A stretch of 45,209 nucleotides of DNA from an uncultured Desulfurococcaceae archaeon (GTDB lineage Archaea; Thermoproteota; Thermoprotei_A; Sulfolobales; NBVN01), in assembly GCA_964417765.1 (NCBI GenBank), contig CAYQIX010000002.1, positions 1 to 45,209 of the forward strand, given 5' to 3'. The number at the start of each line of letters is the position of its first letter. Within the stretch, counting starts at the first letter, position 1. A program made the position numbers and the translations under genes. Of the stretch, positions 44,973-45,209 are shown in pieces. The notes under the pieces are model-generated. The model had not been told where the DNA came from, did not search any database, and was given only the letters and a program-made list of their open reading frames with translations.

Positions 44973-45209
44973 TAAGAGAACCCATAATTGACCGTGTAAC
45001 AGTAAGGAGCTTTAATAGTGTTTGTGATAATGATGTTATAGCTAAGCTACTATTTACTGCTAGGATGTATCGTCTTGGAGTCCTCATAGCACTAGAGTGC
45101 TTAGAGAATAAGATACCCATGAAGGAGTGTATGTTCAGGATTAAACGTTTTGTTCCTAACCAGAAATATGCTCATGCATGTTATGAGAGAGCTAGAGAAA
45201 TGTACAAAT
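44969..45209 (+). CDS. Open reading frame running off the window (80 codons, no stop); toxin-like or transposon-associated, unassigned
   Basis: My translation is MIREPIIDRVTVRSFNSVCDNDVIAKLLFTARMYRLGVLIALECLENKIPMKECMFRIKRFVPNQKYAHACYERAREMYK... with no in-frame stop. It has a 4-nt ATGA overlap with the AbrB-like ORF. Confidence 0.35.
   Translation, partial: MIREPIIDRVTVRSFNSVCDNDVIAKLLFTARMYRLGVLIALECLENKIPMKECMFRIKRFVPNQKYAHACYERAREMYK

Noticed and set aside
1-45209. Search for tRNA, rRNA and CRISPR arrays across all intergenic gaps
   Set aside because: No T-loop-like GGTTCRAATCC contexts with acceptor stems were seen, nor any regularly spaced 24-40-nt repeats or rRNA-like segments. This was a visual scan only; tRNAscan/Infernal/CRISPR finders would be decisive.

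Overview
Densely packed archaeal chromosomal window with about 54 CDS. By eye I found no rRNA, tRNA or CRISPR array. Gene content and signals suggest a thermophilic crenarchaeote-like genome: mevalonate-pathway enzymes, bifunctional PGI/PMI, NreA, A/T-rich TATA-like boxes about 25-45 nt upstream of starts, many 1-14 nt start/stop overlaps, and frequent GTG/TTG starts. I cannot name the organism.

Most of the window is housekeeping:
- Biotin-dependent carboxyltransferase, small subunit and BCCP (1-2235), then BtpA.
- Class II HMG-CoA reductase, PGI/PMI, NadE and mevalonate kinase.
- SAMHD1-like HD hydrolase.
- bioY-ecfAA'-ecfT-birA operon (21977-25493).
- Rhomboid protease, HDAC-family deacetylase, NreA plus radical-SAM pair, PEBP and Sir2.
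- M24-fold protein, MscS, XRE regulator, SSS transporter, NAD-kinase-like protein, DUF89 and an ABC-2 exporter.

Embedded accessory-looking parts:
1. A visibly AT-richer stretch (~5.5-12 kb). It holds a KaiC-like two-domain ATPase bracketed by two small proteins that share a motif block, a 415-nt non-coding spacer, an orphan Cas4-family nuclease, and a GT2-GT2-deacetylase operon.
2. A 438-aa PD-(D/E)XK nuclease-like protein with a C-terminal ribbon-helix-helix tail. It lies divergent from the biotin operon across an intergenic region carrying two identical palindrome-containing 16-mers.
3. A cluster of unassignable genes (33.3-35.8 kb) that includes a SWIM-finger protein.
4. An AT-rich right edge with an AbrB-like mini-ORF overlapping a truncated ORF. 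Neither is in the supplied ORF track.

My best candidate for an undescribed system is the KaiC-like ATPase with its paired small partners, possibly together with the Cas4-like nuclease. This is an inference from architecture and composition, not from any database search.
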